64,000 nt of DNA from Octopus sinensis (GCF_006345805.1 NC_043018.1:3038001-3102000), one strand, 5' to 3'. Counted from the stretch's first letter, positions 13,366-26,467 are shown. Numbers and translations are program-made. The notes: generated from the letters alone by a model not told the origin.

Positions 13366-13795
13366 GTATATGAACCTTTCAGCCTAATATTGGTTGGAGC
13401 CTAATTTGCTGATCTTGTGATGAATAATATATAAAAGGTGTTTCCTTGTATGATTAGAATTAATCTCGCCCCTCATCATCCCCTCAAACCCTTTTTCTTA
13501 TACATATTTTTTCCCATTTACACTCTACTGCTTCGCAGAATTACTTGTGCTTCTTCTCTCCCGCTTGATTCCCTGTCACTATCGAATTTATACTTTCCAC
13601 TGCAACTATGAAGCAATGAAGTATGCGAAATCTACATCATCTATTAACATATTTTAACATATATTGGCATAATTTAATAATTTAGCTGTGTGCCTGGCTG
13701 AAAGTAATGTAACGGACACAGACACAGAGCACGGAGGCAAATAATATTCAAACCCATGTCTTTCAACCAATTTTCTAATCTATTCCTTGTGCTAA

Positions 13796-14002
13796 AGCAG
13801 GCGCGGCTGTGTGGTAAGAAGCTTGCCTTCCAATCACGTGGTTGCGGTTTCAGTCCTAATGCGTAGCAACTCGTGCAAGTGTCTTTTCCTATAGCCTCGA
13901 GTCGACGAAATCCTTGAGAGTAGATTTGATGGAAGGAAACTGAAAGACGTCTGGTGTATGTGTATATATATATATATATAATTATATATATATATATATA
14001 TA

Positions 14003-14055
<53 letters not shown>

Positions 14056-14267
14056 CGTGTGTGTGTGTTTGTGTGTGTATCTTATTGCATTTCACTCACC
14101 CCCGTTTGAGAAACCGGTGTTTGCATTCCGTAACTTAACGGCTCGGTAAAAGGGTCCGATAAAATAGAACTAGGCTTAAACATTGCCTTGAGACCGATTT
14201 GTTCGACTAAAACACTTCAAAGCATTGGCCAAGCATGGCCGCAGTCAAATTGCTGAAACAAGAAGAT
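13796..14267 (+). mobile_element. Family-C tRNA/CORE-like SINE with internal TA/TG microsatellite
   Basis: GGCTGTGTGGTAAGAAGCTTG head, GCAAGTGTCTT CORE-like box, GGAAACTGAAAGA before the internal microsatellite, 3' GCATGGCCGCAGTCAAAT.GCTGAAACAAG. Homologous to the 36528 and 59491 copies. Confidence 0.85.
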
Positions 14268-14327
14268 AGTAGCATCAGCAGTAGTAGTAGAAGTAGTAGT
14301 AGTATAGTAGTAGTAGTAGTAGTAGTA

Positions 14328-14363
<36 letters not shown>

Positions 14364-14420
14364 CAGCAGCAGCAGTAGTAACAATGTATTCAGTTTTGTA
14401 TCCAATCCTTCTGGACCTGA

Positions 14421-14590
14421 AAGCGGTGAGCTGGCAGAATCGTTACGCTTTGGGTTCAAATGGTCAACAGTGACTTTTCATTTCTTCATTTTGTGATTCT
14501 TAAAATAAGTGATATGTAAGCACCAGGGTCGATTTTGTGGACTCCCTCTCTCTTGACTCTACTGCAAGCATTGCACCAACATTTGAACTC
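14421..14590 (+). mobile_element. Degenerate family-A SINE
   Basis: GCGGTGAGCTGGCAGAATCGTTA head followed by GGTTCAAAT. Confidence 0.55.
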
Positions 14591-15735
14591 ATTAGTAGTA
14601 ACCTTTATTCCCGATTCCTCATCACTTTTATGTCGTTAGCATCGTTTCGATACTTAATTCACACAGGATATAACACACGTCCAGCGAAATGGGACTGAAA
14701 CCGAAACCACATAGGTGCAAAGCGAATTTCTGAAGCAGTCAATCACGTTGCTGATTCGTTGAGGAAGATTTCAATATTATTCTTGCTACGCAATGTCATA
14801 GAAATTTTAACACTTGCTTCCAAGAGCATTAATACGTAGTTAGTATTTCATAGAATCTTCCCCGTTCACACTACGGTAACGCTATACGTTGAATGTAACT
14901 GGTTAAATTCGAATCTTTATATAAACCGACATCATTTTAAACGCTGACACTCAGCAACAATTTATAACATGATTTTATCAATAACACGTTCAAATGGAGT
15001 GAATTCTTTATGTATTTGATGATAATAAGCTTTGGTAATAATAATAATAATAATATTAAGTTCATATTCTCTTTTGACCCAAGCCATTGTAGAAAAGCCG
15101 CTCACTATACTCCTATGTATCATACAATACAACCATTTCGACGATATATTTTCTATACTGTATGATTGTATTGAAAATTTCACTACGTAGAGGTGCCATC
15201 ATTTTCAATATCGGTGATGTTGGGAAATTGGGCAGAATTCTTGTTAATGTTCGTTCTCATAACCTAATAGATTATATAAAGATTTGGTGATAAAAGTATA
15301 ATCAATAGATTCGAAAATACTGCCTCTCTGTTCGTATTTTATTTATTGGCCAGTTATTGATGGAATACAGTAACTGTTATTGTTTTCTGTCCTTTTATTC
15401 TTAGATCCTCTGTATTTCGAACCTGAGCGGGGTTACGTGCCCTGTGATAAATATTCTACACACTTGCTAATAATTATTTAAGCTGCAGTTGTATAGATAT
15501 CTCCAAAAGAGTACAATAATACTTCCAAGTTTTTGCTAGTATTGTCGTGACTATTTGCCTTTAGTCCTTCAGCATTGTTTATATGTTATGGTTCAATACT
15601 GAGTTACAGCACCTGAGCTCGCGTCGACATTCAAGTCAGAAATATTTGGTGAATTATGCCAAAACTCTTTTCGAATATAAGGAAATTATTATTTTCCTAG
15701 TCTCAAAAACAATTTTAAATTCCGATTTCCTAGCT

Positions 15736-15932
15736 CAGTGGCCCCCAACCTTTTCCCAGTGGTTCCCAATAGTGGTTCCCAACACCTTTATTCAAAAGAG
15801 TTTTCCCACGGACCCCTTATAATATGCTTATCCTTAGGTATGTATATATGAAATTTTGAATTTAGTTCATGGACCCCAAGCGCTACAGTTGCGGACCACC
15901 AAATGTCAGCGGAACTCGGGTTGGGAACCACG
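15736..15932. mobile_element. hAT-type MITE (MER5-like ends)
   Basis: Left CAGTGGCCCCCAACC (with internal CAGTGGTTCCCAA repeats), right GGTTGGGAACCACG; flanks TCCTAGCT and CCCTAGTT resemble a degenerate NNCTAGNN 8-bp TSD; internal GGACCCC motifs. Confidence 0.65.
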
Positions 15933-16027
15933 ACCCTAGTTGTTTCATCTGAAAATTACTAGGATACTAATACTACATAAAAAATTTGGGAGAAAGGACA
16001 CTAAGCGTTTTCTCCGAGGCACTAACT

Positions 16028-16362
16028 GAAGAAGAAGAAGAAGAAGAAGAAGAAAAGAAGAAGAAGAAGACGACGACGAAGAAGAAGAAGAGAAGAAGAA
16101 GAAGAAGAAGAAGAAGACGACGAAGAAAAAAGAAAAGAAGAAGAAGAAGAAGAAGAATAAGACGAAGAAGAAGACGAGAAGAAGAAGAAGGCGAAGAAGA
16201 AGAAGAGAAGAAAGAAGAAAAAGAAGAAGAAGAAGAGAAGAAAAAGAAGAAGAAGAAAAAGAAGAAAAGAGAAAGGAGAAGAAGAAGAGAAGAAGAAGAA
16301 GAAGAAGAAAAAGAAGAGAAAAGAGAAGAAGAAGAAGAGAAGAAGGAGAAGAAGAAGAAGAA
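16028..16362. repeat. Compound (GAA)n polypurine tract
   Basis: About 335 bp, almost purine-only. Confidence 0.95.
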
Positions 16363-16776
16363 GCAACATGTTTGAAAACTACAAGGATGCAAAAAATAAA
16401 ACAATATTATGTTAAATATTCCTTTATAGAGACGAATGAGTTATCTGACTTTGATGTCCGGTTGAAACCATACAAGAATGACTTAAATTATATACGTTAT
16501 TAAAGGTTTTGCTGCTCATCTTAACAAAAGTGTTTTCCATACCATAAAGAAGAGGAAATTTTTGAATAGCTCACAGACCAATATACTAAGAGTTTTATAG
16601 TATTTAAAGATTGACAAGTAAGATATATATAAATGGGTAAACTGTTTTTCACCCACAATATAAGTCTATGACTAATACGTTTTAACGAAAAGAACAGATG
16701 CGGAAGTTAATTTAGGAGGTCTTAATGTCTACGCGGTGATGAATTCCACTGCAGTGAACAGCAATATAATCTAGCT

Positions 16777-17059
16777 CAGCAGTTCGCAGATATTTCAGGC
16801 TGCCGACCCCTTAACCCGCAGTCCACATTCCTAGCGTGCCCACCTGTACTCATCACCGCAAACTGACCCTAATTTCAGCAGCAAATTCAAAACAGCTATT
16901 TCACAAATAAAACCTAACCTAATTAATCCACTATTTCGTTTTTGTTTACATCCATTGCCCCCTTTTGGCCACCCCATTATCATCCTACTTAACTTCATGC
17001 CCCCTTGGATCTCTACACCGCCTCCAAAGGAGCGAAACCGCCCAGTTTGGGAACCATTG
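16777..17059. mobile_element. hAT-type MITE
   Basis: Degenerate TIRs CAGCAGTTCGCAGA and TTTGGGAACCATTG; 8-bp TSD ATCTAGCT (16769-16776) and ATCTACCT (17060-17067), 7/8 match. Confidence 0.7.
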
Positions 17060-17067
17060 ATCTACCT

Positions 17068-17833
17068 CTGTTGTTCTCAACAGGGATCTATATGACTCTT
17101 GGGGATCTATGTGGCCTTTAGGAGTTCATATGGCTCCTGGGGGTCCATAGAAGACTTTTGTGGGCCCAGCAAGTAAAATAGGAAATTGGGAAGCCACAGT
17201 AATATGTGAAGGGTTCATGAAAATATGTTGCTTTAGACGTATTTATTGCAAGAAACAGGTAGGTTTCTTTGTCTAAAACTTTACGAAGTGCAACCTACAC
17301 AGTTTATGTACGTGGAGGCGCAATGGCCCAGTGGTTAGGGCAGCGGACTCGCGGTCATAGGATCGCGGTTTCGATTCCCAGACCGGGCGTTGTGAGTGTT
17401 TATTGAGCGAAAACACCTAAAAGCTCCACGAGGCTCCGGCAGGGGATGGTGGTGATCCCTGCTGTACTCTTTCACCACAACTTTCTCTCACTCTTACTTC
17501 CTGTTTCTGTTGTACCTGTATTTCAAAGGGCCGGCCTTGTCACTCTCTGTGTCACGCTGAATATCCTCGAGAACTACGTTAAGGGTACACGTGTCTGTAG
17601 AGTGCTCAGCCACTTACACGTTAATTTCACGAGCAGGCTGTTCCGTTGATTCGGATCAACCGGAACCCTCGTCGTCGTAACCGACGGAGTGCTTCCATTC
17701 CATGTACGTAAATCAAAATAGTAATTTCGAAAAAAAACATTATCTACAAAGCTAGATTGTGAACAACAAGTGGCTATTGGGGTCCACCAGAAAAGGATTG
17801 CAATCAAAGGGATCCATAGGTTGAGAACCACTG
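17068..17833. mobile_element. hAT-type MITE with a SINE nested inside
   Basis: TIRs CTGTTGTTCTCAAC and GTTGAGAACCACTG; repeated GGGGTCCA/GGGATCYA subterminal motifs at both ends. Confidence 0.7.
17314..17701 (+). mobile_element. Young-looking tRNA-derived SINE (family B, variant 1)
   Basis: A-box TGGCCCAGTGG, B-box GGTTTCGATTCC, 3' hairpin CGTCG-TCGTAAC-CGACG, TTCCA tail; 8-bp TSD ATGTACGT at 17306-17313 and 17702-17709. Confidence 0.92.
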
Positions 17834-18676
17834 AACCAGTTGATCATTAACAGAGTGATATTAGAATTCAGTATGATTCAGTGCTAAAGTCAAATCAAAG
17901 TGAAGTCCTTCTCTCTTGGTATTGATTAGAAAAGGATTAACAAAATAGAATACTTGCCCCGAAGTAAAGTATTTAGAAGTGTTTCTAAGATCCAACCAGG
18001 CAAAAAGAAAGTGTCCATTATCAAAATTCCGTAGAGTGGCGCACTAGATGACATAACAATTAGTTTCGTGCCTCTGTATAATTTAGCCCCCGTACAATAT
18101 TGATCTCCCTGCCTATTATCCATTACACAAGCTGGTACACTCAGCACCTCATTTACACACATAGAGAAGCTCTCAACACCACTTAACAGCAGTGAGAAGA
18201 ATTACCAATTCTGTAATTTCTATTCTCTAGAGCCTCCATGTTTATTCGCAGACTAATTCGTGTGTAAAAATGTTCTGAAAGTCTTAGACTTAAAAGCCTC
18301 GATGTACTTTAAGAGCCACTTATCTCGTGTTGCTATAATTAAAGGATTAATGCACACGGATTCATTAAATCGAAAGCAAATTCTCCAGTGATCGGAATTA
18401 ATTGAAAGTATTTCAAACTTTCTAAACCCATTCACTCGCTTATTCCGATTTAATACCATTATCACAGAACTCGTTGTAAGTTACTCACTTTAGATTTGAT
18501 GAGAGAATATATATTTAATACAATAAAAAAAGGAAAAGGAAAAGAGTGCTTAGCACACTTATGGTGATATGATTTATAAACACACACACACACGGATGCA
18601 TATACATATGTATATATATATATATATATATATATGTACAATATATATATATATGAACACACATGCATATACATAC

Positions 18677-18716
<40 letters not shown>

Positions 18717-18877
18717 TATATATATATTTACATATATTTATATATGTACATGTATAAAAATAGATGTATATAAGTACACACACATATATAATAAATATAT
18801 ACGCATACACACATATATACACATACATATGTATATACACACTTATATATAAACAGATAGTAACAGACACACACACT

Positions 18878-18912
<35 letters not shown>

Positions 18913-19707
18913 TAACAGATATACACGCGCGTGTGTGTGTATTGATTTATTTTCATTCGAAACAATGGTAAATATTAGCATAGAAAGTTATAGACTGTCT
19001 AAATTCACTATAGGTGGCGCAGTATATTGCTGGTAATTTTATTACTTCAAATGTGATGTACGCTCCAAGCCATTTCCCATGTATTTCAAATATAGTATTC
19101 CCTTTTAACTTCTCCCTCATCGCCTATGTCACGTCCTAACACGAACTTATAAATTTTCCCTAGGAAATACCATGTAGATATGTTCTCCTCAATATCCGCT
19201 TTTTTTCTCTTTTAAACATCAGTATTATAACTTTTTGATATATAAATTGTATCACCACTATTCAATGAGCCAAATATTTGAAATTATTGCTGAAATGTTA
19301 TCAAAAGCGTACTCGATGTAACTCTTCTTTCAATTTTTACGTTATTAAATAAATATATTTTTTAAAACATAGTTTATATTTCGAGTGATATCTAGCCAAT
19401 ATTTTGAGCATATCTCTCAATTACATTGTGTTCACATGTTGGGTCACGTTATTATTTGTCGTATATCATTTTTTTGCAACAAAAAAGTGATATAAAATTT
19501 TCTCTATACGGATCTACCAACATTGCTAGTAAAAATGATTTCCGTCAGATGTCCGTTTGTGTGTGTGTGTGTGTGTGCGTGTGTGTGTGTGTATTTCAGT
19601 GTTTTCCTATGTCACGTTCAAATATTCCAGGGTTTAACACCAATTTTCACACCTGGGCTGTGAGGTTGCAAGAAATCTGGAGTTTTCTCTGTTTTTGTTC
19701 AAATCTA

Positions 19708-20959
19708 TTAGGTTGTCAAGAAAGTTCTAGCGGAATTTTTAATTTTGGTTTTAAATGATGTATTTTCAAATTAATTTTCGTAAAATTACTTTGACTTTAT
19801 ATTTCACTTTAAAGCCCGTTTTGTCGTTCTATCTAATCGTGTTACGCTTTTACTTTTTGAATAATTAGGCCATTTTTTTCCGGAACGTTGAATAGAATAT
19901 GGACAAAAAGCAAATTCGAACAATTTTCTTTTTCCAGTTCAAGCTAGGCTGAAAAGCTAATGAAACAGCTCGCGATATCAACGATGCGTTTGGCCCAGGA
20001 ACCACTAATGAACGTACAGCACAATGGTGGTTCAAGAAATTTCGTAGCGGTGACGAGAATCTTGATGATGATAAGCATAGTGGTCGCCCATCGGATGTTG
20101 ACAGCGCTCAACTAAGAGCTTTAGTCGAAGCCAATCCACGCACAACTTTTCGAGAGCTTGCTTCTGAATTAGACGTAACGATTACGACAATGTCCAACCA
20201 CTTGAAAGAGATTGGAAAAACCAAAATACATGAGAAATAGGTGCCACACGAATTCAACGACAACCAAACAAAAAAAAAATACCCGTTTCCCGACCGGATT
20301 GTGACTTGCGATGAAAAGTAGATTCTTTAAGACAACTGGCGACGTCCAGCTCAGTGGTTGGACGACGACGACAAAACTCCAAGGCACTTCCCGAAGCCAA
20401 AGTCGCACCAAAAGAAGATTATGGTGATTGTTTGGTGGTCTATAGCCGGACTCATTCATCATAGCATTTTGGATCCAGGCGAAACCATTACGGCGGAGAA
20501 GTACTGTCAGCAAATGGATGAAATGCATAAGAAACTCTGACAACAACAGCCAGCATTGGTCTATAGAAAAGGACCAATTCTTCTCCACGACAACGCTGGG
20601 CCGCACGTCGCACAACTGACTCTGCAGAAATTGAATGAATTGGGCTACGAAATTCTACCTCATCTGCCATACTCACCGGACCTCTCACCTACCGACTAAC
20701 ACTTTTTCAAGCATCTCGACAACTTCCTGCATGAGAAATGCTTCAAAAACCAAGACGATGCCAAACACGCCTTCAACGACTTCATCGCCACCAAAACGCA
20801 GGGATTTTACGCTACTGACATAAATATACTTTTTTCGCGTTGGCAAAAATTTGTTTATTCTGATGGTATTTATTTCGATTTATAAATGTTTGTCTGAGCC
20901 GAGATATGTGCATCTGAATTTAAAGGTTAAAAACCAGAAGAACTTACTTGACAACCTAG
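19708..20959 (+). mobile_element. Full-length mariner transposon (Hsmar1/cecropia-like), inactive
   Basis: TIRs TTAGGTTGTCAAGAAAGTTCT and AGAACTTACTTGACAACCTAG, flanked by TA at 19706-19707 and 20960-20961; 1252 bp; contains a transposase pseudogene. Confidence 0.97.
19899..20885 (+). pseudogene. Mariner D,D34D transposase pseudogene
   Basis: MDKKQIRTIFFFQFKLG*..QWWFKKF, GRP, *VPHE (WVPHEL), [34 protein letters not shown]. At least six in-frame stops and an internal deletion near 20270. Confidence 0.95.
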
Positions 20960-21332
20960 TACCATAATTCCCCTTCGAAATTCACACCATCTTGGTCATT
21001 ATTTTTTTGTTGTTGCATTTATTGTTCTCAGTGTCGTTGTTTACGTTATTTTAAATCCTTGAGGAACCCCGATAGTGCAAACCGATTACCAACTTTTATT
21101 CCATTTGTTTAAATCGTCCACTTCTTTCGAGTATAGTGCATCTAGGTCTAGGTCAATGCATATGGTATTCAGAAAAAAACATGAAACCAAGATATGTTGT
21201 TCTTAAAACATTAGGGCAGCGGATCGATGACAAATCCACCGCTCGGTGAGAGCCCTCTCCGTCAAGAGATATCAAAAACCGGCAAAAGTGTGTGCACTAA
21301 ATGTAAGGTGAAACCAGGCGCCTACCACACTT

Positions 21333-21390
<58 letters not shown>

Positions 21391-22201
21391 GAGAGAGAGA
21401 GAGGCATGTGTGTATGTGGTTGTTTGTGTATATATGTGTGTGCTTGTATGAACACGCGTTGTGCGTGTATGTTTAACGGCGGCTTTTGGTAGAAACGTCA
21501 GTTTAACTTGTAGCAAAGTGCTTATCTAAGTTTGCAAACATTACTCAGTATTTGTTAGCCACTAACATTATTTTTTTCTTTTCTGCACGCGTATATAAAC
21601 TCAATTTGATTTTTTTTTTAATGCTCTGTGTATTGAATTTCCTAAAGGTCTTTTACATTCTCATGATTTTTATGGCCGCTCAAGTCTAAACAAAACCAGT
21701 TAGCATGCAGTCGACACGGAGGTTAGTTTTCAGAGAAATTCTCACCATTAAGTGAGATTGCTGTAGGATAGATGAGGAATGATGGCTGTTGTATGGTTGT
21801 TTATAGTTAAGCTCTTCATAATTATTTTTGCTGGATTTCCACAAAAATCATACAATAAGTATTATTTGCAGAGTTGTAGCAAAGTCTAGAAGGAAGGAAA
21901 AAAAAACACCCATAAAAATATTCTAAAGATTCATCGTCATGGTAGGAATATTTATGCCAAACATGAGTGATTCTCATTTGAAAACATTCCATTTTATGGA
22001 AATATTCCCATCGCTTGAGTAATGTTATTACAATATTTTCTTTGCAGTTTTAACGTATTTTAGTTGCTATTATATACCTAATGGAGCAATGATTTGAATT
22101 TAATTTGATTGTCAAAGTGATTAAAGATTAAAGATACATTAGAGTTACTCTGATTTAAAAACTTGCAAGATTTAATTAAGCAAAATACATACGCACACCA
22201 T

Positions 22202-22237
<36 letters not shown>

Positions 22238-22636
22238 ATACACACACACATACATAAATACATACACACTTACACGCTTGCTCTCTCGCAGACACACGTA
22301 TAGACAAACATATAAAATATATTTGTTTCTAATGATGAGCGTGTGTGTGTGCGCGCGCGTACCAATTTCTACTTAAATGTATATTAGAGAATCTGTGCTG
22401 AACGTGCTTATATATGATGTAGTTTTAATATATTACATTTAAGGCTTTCCTATTATCAATATGTCTGTATGTCTGTATGTCTGTTTCCCTTAATTCATTG
22501 CTATTTGCTAACTTATCTGTCTGTGCGCTTGTTTATTGAACAATTTAACACGATATTTCTCTATCAATAACAAACGCTCGGCGTATTTATATATTTTCCT
22601 CCCCGTTTTCCTTCCCTCCCCTCACTCCTCTTCTCA

Positions 22637-22674
<38 letters not shown>

Positions 22675-22839
22675 TATATATATATATAATATTTTATGTA
22701 AGTTATTTAAAAAAGCAATTTAACATTAAACAGAAGGATCACTCACCAGGCTGTAGTTCAGTACATATATGTCAATTTCTAGGTGGCTGATGTTGACATT
22801 ACTTATATAACACGCACGCACGCACACACCTACACACAC

Positions 22840-22875
<36 letters not shown>

Positions 22876-22974
22876 ACACACACACACACACACAAACGTG
22901 GGTATACATATATAGATATATCTATATGCATGTATGTATGCATATATAAATATATGCAATTTATATGTACATAC

Positions 22975-23026
<52 letters not shown>

Positions 23027-23214
23027 CAATAAGAAAATGGAAGGGATCAGGAAGTGGTATATATATATATTTAGATAGATATATGCATATACATATGTAA
23101 GTATATAAATATATTTGTGTGTGTGTGTTTGTGCGTGCGTGTGTGCACAGAGCATGCGGTGTGTATAGATACGACAGGCGTATATTATTTGCTAGTTGAG
23201 TAGCTAAATATTGT

Positions 23215-23367
23215 CTTTTACACATAGCAAAAGTCCCGAAATTTTGGTGGAGGGTGGCAAGTTGATTAGATCGAACCCCAGTACGCAACTGGTACTTAAT
23301 TTATCGACCACGAAATACCGCTAAACATTTCGCATGGCGTGCTAACGTTTCTGCCAGCTTGCCGCCG
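23215..23367 (-). mobile_element. Family-A SINE with internal deletion
   Basis: CCCGAAATTTTGG..CCCCAGTACGCAACTGGTACTTAATTTATCGACC is joined directly to CGAAATACCGCTAA..CTGCCAGCTTGCCGCC. Confidence 0.8.
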
Positions 23368-24544
23368 TTGAGCGGCTAAATATTACCCGTTGAAGGAAAT
23401 ATATGAAAGTGAAGCGGAGCGGATGCGTGCTGGTAGGAGAACTCAAGAGATATTTTACAAAATATCTATAACATGTAAGATCTCAATGGAAGTCACCTCA
23501 CTGCTAGCATGCGCCGATCCTCGGCATTGGATAAGTACCAGGCACCACCTATAAATTAAAAGTATTAAGGGAAAGGTAGCTTTTATAAAGCTCTAAGTTT
23601 CACTTTGATACTCTTAAATACTCTGATTACACTCCTAATAAGCATGAATGTGCGAGAGACAATTTTAAATCTGTTCTTTTTTTATTTGGTGATGGAAAGC
23701 GCGTTAAGGGCCTCATAAGTTGTGTCTACACCCATTTATTCTTGATTTGTCTCTTGTGCCTTTCCACCCTGTATTAATATGTTTACGGGAGGGAAGTTTG
23801 CTCTCAAAGAGTCATTTTTCTTGGATATCATTTATGATTTTGTCCTTAACAGGGCTTGATGAAATTGTACTGTGTGTAAACAGCTACGAAGAAATATAAA
23901 AGAAGGGCCATAAATAATAGCAAAGGTCTGAATGTAATGGACTGGAAGAAAACGATGGTGGCCGAGTTTTCCAGAGAGCAGAAATTCGAGGAGGAAATGT
24001 ATTAGAATGAACGGACTTCTGACTAATAACGAACTGAACAGAGAAACTGGTAGCACTTCACATTGTTCAAAATTTGTAATGTTTAAAATATATATTTCCG
24101 TCTATATATTGTTTAGTTTTCCTCTTATAAGAATATTTTTGATATTAATGTCAATTTTGAGATTGATTTGAATGGGGTACTTGATTCAAGGATTCGATTA
24201 TTGTCAATGATATCCAATTCAGATATTTCCTTGATCTTTAACACCTGGGAAAATGGTACATATTTATATTACCTGAGACTCAAGGAGTAGGTTTACTCAC
24301 TGGGCATGTTTACTCAAAGGGTATGTCGACTTAATGGTTATGCTGACTTGCAAAAGTCATGGATATATGGTTTCCATTATATAAAGTTAATAAAGTCCTG
24401 CATTACCTATAGTGGTTTTCTGCATAATACATATTCGTTGGCATTAGAAGATTTTCTGGTAGCATACATTTATGGTCAGTACAGCGCTCCTTGATTACCG
24501 GACTGTCTATGATTGCTTTCGATGCAACATAGAATATATAGTAT

Positions 24545-24868
24545 CTTTCATCTCTTGCATGTTTCAGTCATTTTTTAGGCCTAGTACTTATTTTATCGGT
24601 TTCTGTGGCCGAACTGATAAGTTACGGGGGTTTACGTGATGAGGGGACAGACACTGATACAAGGACACACATAGAAATATATATATATATATATATTTAT
24701 TTATATATACGACAGGCTTCTTTCAGTTTCTGTCTGCCAAATCTACTCACAAGGATTTGGTCGCCGCATGGCTAAAGTAGAAACATTTGGACAATGTGCC
24801 ACGCAGTGGGACTGAGCCCAGAACCATGTGGTTGGGAAGCAATCTTCTTACCACTTGGCCACGCCTGT
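24545..24868 (-). mobile_element. Family-C SINE
   Basis: Reverse complement of the family-C head (GTGCCACGCAGTGGGACTGA..CCATGTGGTTGGGAAGC) and tail (GTTTCAGTCAT..CCTAGTACTTATT), with an internal TA run. Confidence 0.85.
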
Positions 24869-25851
24869 GAGATATTTATAATGAGTGAAGCAATTAATGT
24901 TAAATTAAAAAGAACTCGATATATCGTTTTGGACCGATATGTGCCTACAAGTGTGGGCAGTGAATGATGTAAATAGTGTTTCAGTGTAGCCAAGTAACCT
25001 ACTTATGCCACTCCTATCCTCACTTGCACTCCACGATCAATGTTATGTAGATTCCTATAAAATGGTTTCAGTGTTTTAATTTGACAGATTATAATTATTT
25101 TTTTAATTTTTAATTAAACACACAATTTCGCTCGATCAGTTTATTTTAGATTATAACAAGTCAAATTTTTATAGGAAAAGTAACCCGTGTTAATTAATTT
25201 CCCTTGTGAACTTAAATAGCTGAATTTAGAATGCGTTGCTTGCACCAAAATGAAGTGAATAAAATGTCTCTGTACTCAGTAACTTATTAGAATGTTGATC
25301 TCCTCGAGATGTCTAATAATTCATGATACATATTCATACATAGATACATATATCTTCATATACATACATATATATGTATAAATATATATGTGTGCGTGTG
25401 TGTGCATATGTGTATGTGTATCTATATATGTGTGTATATATAGATAGATACATATACATCCATATGCATTCACACACATACATACATGTATTGAAGAATT
25501 CCGTCCAGCACAAAATTGGAATAAGCAGCATTATATTCACACGTTCTCGATTATTCGTGTTGGTTATCTTTCTACTGAAACACTTGAGTCATAGCTCAAG
25601 AGAATTACTGAACTTCTGTACTTTTGTCGCACTCTGATCAACAGTTCAATCGGGTTGGTCTCCTATGTAATTTCTCTATTCGGTTTCAGAAACTACAATT
25701 AATGCAGAAGATCCTTTAAAAATGTGTTGCCTGCAGGGATTAAATGTTTCTGAGATGCTGAGGAGATTTTTATCAAAACATCTCTCTCGCACTCGTACCT
25801 GCTCTGCATCAGTCAGCTGCTTAAACTAATATATGTATGCATACAGACATA

Positions 25852-25877
25852 TATCTATCTATCTATCTATCTATCTA

Positions 25878-25929
<52 letters not shown>

Positions 25930-25973
25930 CATCTATCTATCTATCTATCTATCCATCTATCTATATATCTATA

Positions 25974-26007
<34 letters not shown>

Positions 26008-26041
26008 CCTATCTATCCATCTATCTATCTATCTATCCATC

Positions 26042-26072
<31 letters not shown>

Positions 26073-26140
26073 CTACCTATCTATCCATCCATCCATGCAT
26101 CCACCTATCCACCTATCTATCTACTATCTATCCATCTATC

Positions 26141-26187
<47 letters not shown>
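25852..26187. repeat. (TATC)n tetranucleotide array; others at ~45965-46160 and 48598-48703
   Basis: Direct reading. Confidence 0.97.
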
Positions 26188-26370
26188 CTCTCCCCCTTTT
26201 TTTTTTTTACCCCCCCCTTTTTTTTTCCTCTTTCTCTCCTTTTCGATCCCTTTTGATCGAAAACTCCCCCTTCCCTTTTTTTTTTTTTTTTTTTTTTTTA
26301 AACCTTCAAAAGAAAAGCTCTACTTGTAATTGTTCTATCTGTGTGCAGCCCTGTGTGGCTAATAAAGAAA
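26188..26370 (+). mobile_element. Probable 3' terminus of a non-LTR retroelement embedded in (TATC)n
   Basis: Pyrimidine-rich segment ending in hairpin AGCC-CTGTGT-GGCT plus AATAAAGAAA, with TATC repeats on both sides; the terminus is similar to the family-A SINE tail. Confidence 0.5.
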
Positions 26371-26433
26371 CATATCTATCTATCTATCTATCATCTATCT
26401 ATTATATCTTCTATCTATCTATCTATCTTCTTA

Positions 26434-26467
<34 letters not shown>

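Noticed and set aside
17314-17390. tRNA-like sequence (also at 49670-49745)
   Set aside because: These are SINE heads: they continue into SINE bodies bounded by TSDs and lack a proper acceptor stem.
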